Source: Intoshia linei
Taxonomy: Eukaryota > Animalia > Orthonectida
NCBI GenBank assembly: GCA_001642005.1
Contig: LWCA01000041.1
Span: 1 to 64,000 of the forward strand
Direction: 5' to 3'
DNA length: 64,000 nucleotides
The notes under the pieces are model-generated. The model had not been told where the DNA came from. It did not search any database and saw nothing but the letters and a program-made list of their open reading frames with translations. Shown in pieces: positions 52,679-64,000 of the stretch (position 1 is the first letter of the stretch; each line of letters opens with the position of its first letter). A program made the translations under genes and the position numbers.

Positions 52679-53633
52679 GTATATATCATTAAATGAGGAA
52701 TTAGGATCAAATTCTTAAATTTTGAGTATTGTCTTCCTAATGATTAGGAAGACAATTAGGACGTAATGCAATCAAGTGATAAATTTGTTAATTTTGACAA
52801 TTCATTAGGCTTTACAGATTTAGTCTTTTAATAATATTAATAAACTATTTATCTAACTTTTCTTGTATGACTGAAATAAAAATTCATTATTACAAAATCA
52901 ATACATCAAATCTTGTTGAGGGAGAACTAGACATTGACACTGACACAAATTTGTCAATATTTTTTATTACAAGCAGCTAAGTGGTTTTAATAATTGACCC
53001 AAAAATTATATGGAAAATAAAACAAATATTGTCAGTTCTGAAGAAGATGAAATTAAAAACAGTATCTCGAATACTGTTCTACTTCTATCTCTTGTATCAT
53101 TCAACTATTTTTGAATCTAAAAAATTAATTTTGTACTATTTTTCTTCGTGTCTCACGATAAAATTATGAAAAGTAAACAAATGGGTATTAATAAACTAAC
53201 AACTCATGAAAACTTTTCCAGATGACTTTTTTTACAAGTCGCACATGATGCACTTGTAGTTTGGCTTTGAATATATAAAAAACTACTTTTTTTTATAGAA
53301 TACAAGTGATGAATAAAATATTTTTCCAATATTAAATAATCTTATAAACCAGTATATATTTTCAGTAAACACCTAAACATACGCGTAATATTTTCTATTA
53401 TATTATTAACTAGTACCAAAAGGGTTAAGTGTACGGAATGAAACGGTTGAGACACACTGGAATCCAATATTAAATAATAAATCCAGTGACTGGATTAATT
53501 TAAATGCATTTTAGATGTTGAATATTTTTGATTTAATCAGTCAAAAACTCAAAGAAAACTTTATTCATTAGTAAAATAAACTTAAACTGTAATTTCAATT
53601 TGATTTGAATCTATTCATTGACTAAACTCGAAA

Positions 53634-56116
53634 ATGTTTGTACATAATATGCCTTATCAGGTTTATTTAATGAATGAATTATTTATATGCTTGTAGGTCT
53701 ATTCAAACTGTTTAAATTCATTTTCCAACTATCTAATCCCCATTTCAAACCTCTCACGATGTGTGAATAGGAAACATTCTAATGTATTTTTGAAAATACA
53801 TTTTGATTTAATTATTTTTAGAACCAGTTAAGTGTAACTTCTCCAAAATCAGTCAATTTACTTGATGGCATAAACCCAAATATTATTTCTACTGCTTCAA
53901 TGAATATGTATTCAATACCAGTCAATAAAATTCATCTTTTTGGTATATCCTTATTTTTTTAATGATGTATATTTTAATTTAGATAATTACATGAATTTAA
54001 ACAGTATATCATTTAAAACATGTTTACCAGTGCGTAATTTTCGTCAGAATTCAAACACTAAGCCAATCGGTAGAATCGTGAAACAATCTAATGATGTTTA
54101 TTTAATTTTTGTTTTTTTTAATTTTTCAAGTTTATTACAGATAAAGCAGAAACCTCTTCTATTGAGAGCATGACAAATTTGCTATCAAAAAGCCAAACTA
54201 ATAATCAGATGAAAGATTTACAAGTAGCATTTGCAAGTGGGATGAAATATGCAAATGCTACTGCGTCTGGATCCAAAACAGGAAAATGGATTTCAAACTT
54301 TTTTGGTGGGGTTCTTAAATTCATAGGAGTCGTAGCCGTTGGAATTTTAATTTATCAAACCTATAACCAAGGTGGTTTCCATTTTTTGTATTGTTACTTT
54401 ATCTACTTTTAGGAAAAATAACGCTTTCACAAAACGTGTCTACCATAAATCCTGAAAGCATTGATATTGAATTTAAAGATGTAATTGGATGTGAAGAAGC
54501 AAAAGAAGAATTGAGTGGGATAGTTGAATATTTGAAGAATCCTGAAAAATATGAAAATAGTGGGGCGGTTCTACCAAAGGGTATATTTAATCTCTTTGGT
54601 TTAAAAATTTGATTCAATTCCATAGGAATATTGTTGGTTGGTCCACCTGGAATTGGAAAAACACGAATAGCAAAAGCACTAGCAGGCAAAATATTATTAT
54701 ATTTAATTATTGATTCATTCAGGAGAATCAAAAGTACCATTTTACTACGCTTCAGGATCAGAATTTGATGAAATGTATGTTGGAACAGGAGCAAATAGGA
54801 TTAGAAAATTATTTAGTATTCATTGTAAATATTATTTAATATAATTATAGATTCTGCCAAAAACCACGGCCCAGCAATTATATTTATTGACGAAATAGAT
54901 GTTGTTGGTTCTAAGAGGACGCAATCCACTCTACATCCATATGCTAATCAAACTGTAACTCAGCTTTTGTCTGAAATGGATGGGTATACTTCATTTATTT
55001 TCATTTTTATATACATTTAAGGTTTCATTCTAATAAGGGAATTATTGTCATAGGTGCAACCAATATGAAAGGAAACATGGACAAGTAATTATCACATTAG
55101 TAATATTTTTAATTATTTTTAGGGCTCTTCTCAGACCGGGTAGATTCGATTCCGAAATACAGTTAAATGTTCCATCGTTAACTGATAGGAAAAAAATTTT
55201 CAAATACTATTTATCTAAAGTTAAATATGATCCACGTAAATATATTATTCTATTTTATAATTTTTTATATGGCAGTCATCAATTTAAATTTTATGGCTAG
55301 GCTGACGATCGGAGCTACAGGTGTTTTAGCATGATTGATAAATAATTATATATGATAGGTGCCGATATCGCAAATATCGTGAATCAAGCCGCTTTGAAAG
55401 CAGTGAAAGATAAACAAGGAACTGTGGATATGGACACCCTTACATACTCGAGAGACAAAGTTTTAATGGGTGCTGAATCTAAAATAAAAGATATTGAAGT
55501 ATCAGAAAATTTACAAACAGCTGTACACGAGGCAGGTCACTCCTTAGTAGCTTTCTTTACGTCTAACGCAACGCCACTACATAAAGTAACTATAATAAGA
55601 CGAGGTGATTCTCTGGGGCATACTTCATTTTTGCCAAAGAAAGATAGATATACTTTCACTAAGGCACAGTTATTAGCGCAGATAGATGTGGCTATGGGAG
55701 GAAGAGTTGCCGAAAAGATTCACTACGGAGAAAATGAAATTACGAGCGGTGCAAGTTCAGATCTCAAGCAAGCAACGGCCATAGCTTCTGCTATGATAAA
55801 ACAATATGGAATGTCTACGAAAGTAACATTAACAAAAATATATTTTATAGTTGTTTAGGTCGGTCTACGATATTTTGAATCGTCTGATTCAGAAATATTG
55901 GCATCTGAATCGTGTAAACAATTGATGGACGCCGAAATAAAACAAATATTGGATGTATGATAATATCTAATAGTCTATTATTTTTAGGAATCTTATGATC
56001 GAGCTCAGAAAATTATCAAAGAAAAGTGGCCTCAATTCTTAAAATTGGTAGACCAGTTAATTGATCAAGAATCTCTCAACATTGATCAGATCAAAGATAT
56101 ATTACAAACTCAATGA
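53634..56116 (+). CDS. YME1L1: Mitochondrial i-AAA protease YME1L1 (FtsH family), multi-exon
   Basis: Walker A GPPGIGKT, pore loop FDEMYVG, Walker [34 protein letters not shown], zinc site [15 protein letters not shown]. Confidence 0.95.
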
Positions 56117-56369
56117 TGTTAAATTGTGAATTTTAAATATTTTAATATACATAAATAAATATATTAAGCTCAATAAAAATGTCGTTTTTATTATATATGA
56201 CAGGTAAACCAACTGAAATATTATATACATTATGGCAGGAATCGGTAACCTTTAATATTAATTGACCACTTTTTGTCAGTTGAAGAATGTTATGTTAATG
56301 AGATTTGGTACATATGCATTTTTTTTACGTTTCCAGATGGAGTATAGTTAGCAAGTGTATGGTCTATAT

Positions 56370-57009
56370 CAGTGGTTTTCAACCGGGGTTCGCGAAATTT
56401 ATCAGGGAGGTCGTGAGAATTTGAAAATTTTATGAATATATTTATTTTAATATAATAATGTTACGGAAATATTTTTACATTCTGTATTACAATTTTAAAT
56501 GTTCTTATTCACCCAATAGATAAAATTTTCCCGATAAAATACAGGATGAAGTAATAGATTTATCAATGATTCCACTGCACGTAATATTTTCTATGAAAAA
56601 CCACTAAGTACTTTTGGTGTGATATTATTTATTTATATCTAAATGTATTTACGATTGCTTGTCAACTTATCTGTGTGAAGCAGGATTTTATACGCTTGTT
56701 CATATAAAAACAAAGTCAATAAACACATTGAATGTTAAGGATGATATGAGGCTCGCCTTATCGCATACACTGCCCAGGATATCAATAATTGTAGCTAAAA
56801 TGTAACCTCAAATTTCACTTAAAAAAAATAAATTTAGTTATTATAATAATACATTGTACTGAGCAGTGCTCAGTGAGCACAGTATAAAATATCAATATGC
56901 TTTATTAATAATTTTATTTATATATGTGAATTGACATGATCTTTGGAGTATATAGAAAATTTTTATGTTTATAAGGGGGTCGCAAATACCAAAAGGTTGA
57001 AAACCACTG
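56370..57009 (+). mobile_element. 640-bp internally deleted Buster/Charlie-type hAT element
   Basis: TIRs CAGTGGTTTTCAACC / GGTTGAAAACCACTG. TSD gtctatat / ctctatat (7 of 8, central TA). Remnant TYLCEAGFYTLVHIKTKSINTLNVKDDMRLALSHTLPRI. Confidence 0.92.
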
Positions 57010-57347
57010 CTCTATATTATTGATTAGATTTAATATATACTGTCATTTACCTATGAAAATAGACCTCATAATCATTGTGTAATAATTTTACGCTTAAATG
57101 TATATCTGAATTAAATTTTTTTAACAATGAATTTGATTAATAATGAAAGTTTTTGCTAAAGTTTCACCAATATTATGTATAGGTCACTTGTGGTGCAGGC
57201 GTATGGGTATTCTGAGTTAAAAACTGATAAATTTGATTTTTTTCGGTTTTGATTGTAAATACTTATTAATTACTGCATATGTATAACATTTAAATAATTA
57301 GGAATAAACAGTTGTTATTTATCTTGAAAATTTTATTGAAAAAATAA

Positions 57348-60300
57348 TTAAATACATCCATATTGTTGCCATTTGTTTTTATCGAAAGATTTTTTTACAT
57401 TTTCTTGGAAAGAATCGTTCTTGTGGGTATTGTTTCCATTATTTTTGGATGAATTCTGAACAGAAGTAGTGTTTTCAAGTGTGGTAGATTCGAGACACAC
57501 TGATTTTTTACACTTTTCAGATTTTGTGACTATTGCCCGAGATTTAGTCGATTTTGACGTTTTTCGCAGTGGGGGTGCTGGAGCAGGTGGTAAAGAGTTG
57601 AGTATATTTCTAATATCAAACGTAAAATCTTTATCACTAAGATTATTATAATCATGATTAACTGGAGATTTATGTTTAGATGGAATTGGCTTTTTAGTAT
57701 TATCGATTTTTTTGTTTAAATTATTCTCATTATCGTTAACTTGTACAGCATTTTCAAAGCTATTCCTGCGATTCATCGCATGTATAGGTTTTTCATAATG
57801 CGAATGTGAAAAAAATAAATTTGCCCTTGGCTTTGAAGATTTTTTTTTGTCGGGAGAATGTGTCAGATGAATGCAAGTACTGTTATATTCGTTTTTTTTT
57901 GAAAAATTTTCAAAAAAATTTGTTGATTCGTGAGAAATAGGGTCTCTACATCGACTTGTATTTTGATATCTTGTCTTATCTTGTAATTCGGTAGAATTCA
58001 TGATGGGAATAAAGTGGTTAATGTTTTGATTGATATCTTTATTGTTGGATAGGCGTATTACTACATTTCTTTTATTTATTACTTCAGGTATCTCATCTAT
58101 TTGAGTTTTATTTGAAATATATTCTTTCACTGGAACCTGTTTGATATCATCCACTGGTTCATTTCTGAAACTCCTTAAATCTATACAGCTTTTATATTTT
58201 TCATTGGTTCTTATATTCGAAAAAAATAAAGATTGTTCTGTTGGGACGTTTAACGGGTCTCTGGGTCCTAGTAGTGGAAGTTCGTTAACCTTGTTAGTGA
58301 TAAATTCCTTGGGGCTCGTGTGTTGAGAAATGTTATTTTTTTTAAGTAGCCTTCGACGTGAATGTGGTGATCGATTACTTTCTTCTAAAAATTCTTCAAG
58401 CGAAATTAAATTATCATCTTTTTTTTCTATCTTTAAAAAATGATCAAATGAATGAGTACTCGAGGAAATGGGACCATTCAAATGTAGAGAATTGTTTACA
58501 TATTGATTTTTACTGGAACTGGATTGTAAGTCAAAATTATCAGTTTGTTGGTATTTATATTTTTGTTTGTTTTTATCAATTTTTATAAAAGATTTTGCTT
58601 TTTCCAAGAGTGATTTTCGAGACCTGGGAGAGGAATGAATGGAAATTTCATCCATAATTTTATGTAGTTTCAAGGATAATTCAGCATTAAGTTGCTTTTC
58701 ATTCGTTAAGCTCAATTTTAAATAGTCAAGCATCATGCTGGAATCAGAAATTTGTGATTCTTTTTCGTCTTTCAATTTTAACATTTCTCGCAACTTTAAA
58801 TTTTGTCTTTCATAATTTGCAATTATATTTTTAAGTTGTTCTAATGAATGGGAAGTGGAAAATTGCTCTTTTAATTTTTTAATCAGTTGATTCTTCATTT
58901 CTCTCAGTCGCAAACATTCACATCGAATGTTATTCATATCAGTTCTAAGATTTGTAAGATGGTTAATGTATCTAGTTCTAATTTCGCAGTCGGAACGAGT
59001 TAATTGATCCACAGATTTCTGTAAAATGGAAATTTCATATTTCTGCGAAGCAATTTCTGTTTTTGTATCAAGTTCATTGTAATTTGAGGATATGGTGTGA
59101 GTAGAATTACTATTTCTGGCAATTTTTAGGTTGTGGTAAAGTCTCTTGTTTTCAAGCCGTAAATTTACAATTTCTTTCCCAATTTTATCTAAACTAGCCA
59201 CTGTTGGTTCTAATTGAGAAATTTTTATTTCTAAGTCGTTGATTTTTTTATTTTTAATGTCACATTCTGCGTAACATGACTCGAGTGATTTTTCCAGGGT
59301 GGTTGAGTGTTGTTTAACTATATCAAATTCTAGAGATTCTTCCATCAATTGACTCATTTTTTTTAAAATTTTTTCATATTCCATTTTATAATTATTATCC
59401 TTTGCGACCTCAGCCTCCAGTTGATTTATTTTTTTGTTTTGAGTGTTATTTTCTAAATACAGCAATTCAATGCGATCTGATTTATTCTTATTACTTGTTC
59501 GCAAATGTTCGTTTGTTGATTCTAAATATTTTTGTTCTACCTCATTAACAGCGGTTGTTTTAAAATTTTCTACTTCGGTGATATTTGATGAAATGTTTGA
59601 AAATGAAGATCCGAAAGAAGATACGTTCGAATTTTCTACGTGGTTGTTTTTAATAATGCTATCATCTTTGATTGATTTTTCTTTCGAAGTCAGGGAATCA
59701 CCCAATCCCACATCTTCTGATAGTGAATAATTGTGGGGTTTTTTATATTTTCCATTCTTTAAATAAGTTTCACGAATAATGTCATCTTTTTCGTTAAGCA
59801 ACTTTTCAATTTCATGATCGTATAATTTTTTTACGTTGCTTAGTTCTTGGACAAGATGGATGTTTTGTTTACGTAAATCATCCTTTTCTTTATTTAATAT
59901 AATCATAGAATCGTTATCGGTCATATTTGATACCTTATGTGAATTTTTCAAATTATCAATTTGACGAGTTAATCTTTTGTTTTCTAATTCTAATTTCAAA
60001 ACACTTAGGCATTGATTGGAGGTGGGAACATCCTCTAATTGTTTCGATTTGAGTTGTTCAGACAAATATTCATCTAAGTGCTGACTATTCGATAATTTAT
60101 TAGATTGATTTTCAATTATATTCCTGGATTGTTGTATTTCTCGGTCAGCTTCTTTTAATTCTGATTCTAAAACAGACAACCTTTCACCAATTATGGATAA
60201 TTGTTGTTGACTGTCTCGGTATTTCTAAAATATAATGTGATTATATTGTTTTATAAATACAGTAATGGTCGTTGCATGTTTCTTTCTTTCGTTTTTCAAA

Positions 60301-61926
60301 TCATTAGTAACTTGACTCAAGGTTAACAGCTTTTGTCTTTGGCCATTTAATTCATCTTCAATCAAATGCTTTTCTCCACTGATGATGGTAATTTCTTCTT
60401 TTAGTTCCTATGAATGGTATATTATATACGTTATATATTTATCAACTTGAATGTGACGTTTTGAAAATTCGGCTTCACATATCTTTGATTTTTCAATTAT
60501 ATTTTTTGATTCTAAAACTTTGTATTCTTGAATCTATTTTAATTATAACCAATTTAAATAAAATATTTACCGTCTCCTTTAACGTGTCAATTTCATCTAA
60601 AAAAATATTAATTTATTATAAATTATAATTTATAATATTACTGATTTAATACCTAAATATGATCTACTTGATCTTGCAGCCGCTAAAAGTGAAAAATTCT
60701 AAAAATCAATAAATATTATTCGTGATTATGAAATAAGCAGGGATTGGAACCAATTTTATTATTTTTCAAAAAATAATAAAAAATCATCCTATGAATTAAA
60801 TTCCAATCACTGGAAATTTCTTGTACTTCAGTTTTTAGTTTTTCAATTTCTCTGTCGAACAGTTCTAATTCTTTTTTTGAATCCATTACGATCAAATTCA
60901 ATTCGTCACTAAAATGGAATTTATATATCTTTGTAAACGTTTTTTACTTTTCACATTGAATCTTCCTCAATTTAGATTTATTTTCTAAAATACTCTTTCT
61001 AATTGCTTCTTTTGAAAGTTTCACATCCGAATTTATATTAATTAAAGAATTCGTTATTGGACCATCGAATAAAGATTCTAATGTTGTAAGTTTTTCCCTT
61101 AAAATGAAATTCTCCTATAAATATATATTATTGTGCATAATTGATTATACTTTCTCTAGAGTTTCCTGGTTTTGAATCAATCTGTGAACTATATTGAATA
61201 TTCTATCGACAATTTTTGCATTCATATCCTTTGCCCGTACAACAAGAGATTCAGAGTAATTTATCTAATGATATAATTACTGCATAAAAAATATACTAAC
61301 CGTTTGTATTTGATCTATCATCTTTTTAGCGTTTTTTTCACATGATTTTTTAATATTTTCTATATAATATTCACGGTTGTGGCATGCAACAGCAGCACTC
61401 AAAATATATATCAAAATTGTATTGATCATTTCTTCGCAATTTACTAGGAAATTATTTTATTGATGGGTTATTTACTTGATATATTCGATTGACATGAAAA
61501 ATTTTTCAAATCTTCAAAGTTGACAAATTCATACGTCACGATTTGGTGGAGTTCATTCTAAATTAAATCAATGTTCACGAACCAAGTAAAATTGTACAAT
61601 GTAATATTTTCTGAGTTTACAGATTATTTGACGCCAATATATTAATCTGTCGATATTTTCTGGAAAATCAGGTATTTCCGATTCATTATTTATTTCGCAT
61701 CTAGATGTTAAATGTTAATGTAAATGTTAATTATTTCTTACATTTCATTGACAATATAAAGTACGTAATATCCGTTATCGAAAGACACATATGAAAAAAT
61801 TTCAGGGTAGACGCTTTTGATCTAGTATATTAGAATAGTAAATATCGAATTTACCCATGTGAATAGGGTATTTTTTGTAAAATTTTCGGTACATTCAATG
61901 CTAAGTTCACGATCATTGCTATTCAT
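57348..61926 (-). CDS. CCDC88: Girdin/Daple (CCDC88) Hook-related coiled-coil protein
   Basis: N-terminal FTKNTLFTWIKS and ILSAAVACHNREYYIEKIK (Hook domain); NFSLLAAARSSRSYLDEIDTLKE; GBA-like LISLEEFLEESNR; C-terminal WQQYGCI* (cf. WYEYGCV). Confidence 0.88.
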
Positions 61927-62679
61927 TTTCAGTAAAATGTTATTGCTGTTCACAAGTCAAAATAAACAATAAACTGTTTGTGTAATTTACAAATTCATTT
62001 TGCGGCATAATTTACTTGCAATTAACGTTGTCCTATTATAAATAGATAGATAAACTAGTGCTGTACTTACTATTATCAATTGACGGAAATTTAAATAATT
62101 TCACATTGTTCACAAGCTAGGATGTGGATGAGTTGTGAATGTATTGATTATAAGATTATTTCATTTATTCTAGCAATTTGCCGGTTTTTATAATGCGATA
62201 CGCTTCAGGAATTTTAAAATATGTATCAGTACAATTTATTACTTTAGTTCAATATCTATGAAATATTTAAATAATTCCTGTAGCGCAAAAATTTTCTTGA
62301 TTAATTCAAATTAAATAGTTGGAAATGTGAATTAATTGAATGCATTTATTTATAAATCGATTGTTGATTTATTGCGTTGGGTGACTCTCCTTTCATAGTT
62401 AATTTGAGAATGAATGTATGATTATTTTGCTTAGATATGTCAAATCGAATAGTTATATTTACTACCTTTCAATCTGTGTAACAAATAATTTGAATTATAA
62501 TTACAAAAACAGTACCGGAAATATATGTAAGACTGATTTTTATATTTCAAGTCTAGTCATCAAGAATTAAATAATAATGTATTTATTCAATTTTACAAAT
62601 TAATTTACAAATATTTGAATTGTATTTCGCTTTATTGCCTCTGAATAAAATAAAAAATTCATAAAATCACAAATTTACC

Positions 62680-63016
62680 GTCCTCATTTATTAAATATTT
62701 TGATATAAATCCAAATTTAAATTTAACGGATGCGCTTGATAAGCTTGTAGATAACTAAATTTTATATAGATAGTATAATAAATAAAAATACCTTTCCAAG
62801 AAGTTGAGTCGATATTTCGCTTATAGCTTTTTGGTCTATGCATATACAAAATAGCCAAATATTCATTTGCTTTTCTTTTTCCAAAATCAAATATATTTCT
62901 TTTACACAATTTTGATGTTCAGTGAGATAAACAAATTTAACGGATGTTCCTCTATTAAAAGCCAATCTTTTAATAATTTTTTGACACATTTCATGCTTTG
63001 ATGCATCTAAAAACAA
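62680..63016 (-). CDS. Fragment of an unidentified multi-exon gene
   Basis: Open frame ...QKAISEISTQLLGK followed by a GT-AG micro-intron and LSTSLSSASVKFKFGFISKYLINEDG. No family recognised. Confidence 0.35.
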
Positions 63017-63334
63017 TTACCAAATTGAAAACTGAAAAATTACCGGAATATATAATATAAGGGACTTTATAATTTTTGTCAATAAAATTTAATATCCACG
63101 CTCCCTCCGAATTTGTAATGTTAAATAATAACATTTTATTTTTATAATATTGACCAATATATTGCAAATACTAAATTTTTAATTTTTTAAAGGAAAATTC
63201 ATAAGTACCATTTCGCCATTTTTTAATATGCTTTTTAAATATATTAAACGACATACTAAACTGTTTATTTTGTCCGGTAAAACAAAAGATGTGATTGAAT
63301 TTAACTAAAAATAAATAAATGAGATACTTTTTAA

Positions 63335-63877
63335 TTATACGTTAACTTGATGAATTTCCAGGTTACTATCCAAGAGATTAATAACATGTTCACAAGGTTT
63401 TATTCTAACTGTTTGATTAAATTCGTCATCAATAAGATACTTCCAGCATATCCAACAATTCTCTTTATTAGATTTTATTGTATCTGTTTTTGATTTTTTT
63501 TTAAAATCTCCTTGTTCACAATTCAAATTAAAAATATGTTCTTCTATAATTTTGGGGTTAATTTCGTGAGTAAAAGTAGACATTTCTATACAATAGTTGT
63601 AAATATATGGAGCAAATCTTCGATTTATATTTTCGTGTAAAATATACAATTGGTTTTGAGTCATTTTGGTTGATTGAATATAAAATGACTTACATTCGGA
63701 AATAACTACATCAAATTCATCTAAGAATGTATTGTAATTGAACATGAAATCATAATTTTTGCTTTTGAATACTAGTTGATAAATATACGATGCTGCTTTC
63801 ACAACACTTTTGTAATTAGACGTTGTCTCCTTAAGTTTTTTATTTTCCATCGATGTTAATACTTGTTTCATATTCAA
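63335..63877 (-). CDS. Protein with the N-terminal half of a RING-H2 finger (possibly degenerate or pseudogenic)
   Basis: 180-aa ORF ending CWICWKYL...IKPCEH. No clean downstream H-x2-C...CPxC exon found. Confidence 0.45.
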   Translation of the reverse strand: MNMKQVLTSMENKKLKETTSNYKSVVKAASYIYQLVFKSKNYDFMFNYNTFLDEFDVVISECKSFYIQSTKMTQNQLYILHENINRRFAPYIYNYCIEMSTFTHEINPKIIEEHIFNLNCEQGDFKKKSKTDTIKSNKENCWICWKYLIDDEFNQTVRIKPCEHVINLLDSNLEIHQVNV

Positions 63878-64000
63878 AAGACGTACGTAATCTACAAAAT
63901 GTTGTGCTAATACATTGTTTTGTTTGCAGTCATTTATTAGATTTTCTGAGTGTTTAATGATGTTGTTTATTATTTCCTCCTAAAACCATATTTTATATAT

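Noticed and set aside
52867-53270. Coding-like stretch starting MTEIKIHYYKIN
   Set aside because: Multiple stops and frameshifts and no family I can name; possibly a pseudogene, but unsupported.
53943-53982. Possible U12-type intron (gtatatcctt) in YME1L1
   Set aside because: It does not match RTATCCTTT at the donor and lacks a TCCTTAAC branch point; it fits an ordinary micro-intron.
1620-56250. Solo hAT- or piggyBac-like termini (about 1620, 11003, 34316, 41780, 45765, 53420, 56215)
   Set aside because: No partner end or TSD could be verified, so they are not listed as elements.
13639-59730. Short antisense ORFs within FANCI, TRRAP, P450, ninjurin, YME1L1 and CCDC88
   Set aside because: These are shadow ORFs of real coding strands with no recognisable motifs.
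60790-60826. Apparent non-canonical donor or extra micro-intron in CCDC88
   Set aside because: A canonical GT donor after KLKTE spliced to the acceptor before NFSLLAAARSSRSYL restores the conserved sequence.
1-64000. Prokaryotic systems (CRISPR arrays, operons, prophage, defence islands), rRNA or tRNA genes
   Set aside because: The genes are spliceosomal-intron-containing animal orthologs. I saw no regularly spaced repeat-spacer array, rRNA-like tract or cloverleaf, though a covariance-model scan was not run.

Overview
This is AT-rich, gene-dense eukaryotic (animal) nuclear DNA, not prokaryotic. Most introns are only about 30-40 nt, and the few long introns and intergenic gaps contain decayed DNA transposons (Tc1/mariner, hAT Buster-type and Ac-type, unclassified TIR elements). 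This architecture and the highly diverged proteins suggest a reduced parasitic animal genome such as the orthonectid Intoshia (inference only). Manual splicing of the ORF fragments gives, in order: ARMC8(-), sideroflexin(+), FANCI(-), an orphan(+), TRRAP(-), PDXDC1(+), PPIH(+), RNF115/126-like(+), ATG101(+), an intronless cytochrome P450(-), NAA25(+), a ninjurin-like gene(-), DUSP23-like(-), YME1L1(+), CCDC88 Girdin/Daple(-) and a partial RING ORF(-). The most notable observations are: (1) a ninjurin homolog whose two membrane helices are separated by a ~250-aa coiled-coil-containing insertion; (2) two nested palindromes that reconstruct as hAT excision footprints at nTnnnnAn target sites; (3) FANCI lacking the monoubiquitination lysine while keeping its SQ cluster; (4) an 11.5-kb TRRAP exon among micro-intron genes; (5) a P450 lacking the I-helix Thr; (6) convergent genes whose stop codons are 5 nt apart. 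All homology calls come from recalled family motifs; no database search was run.
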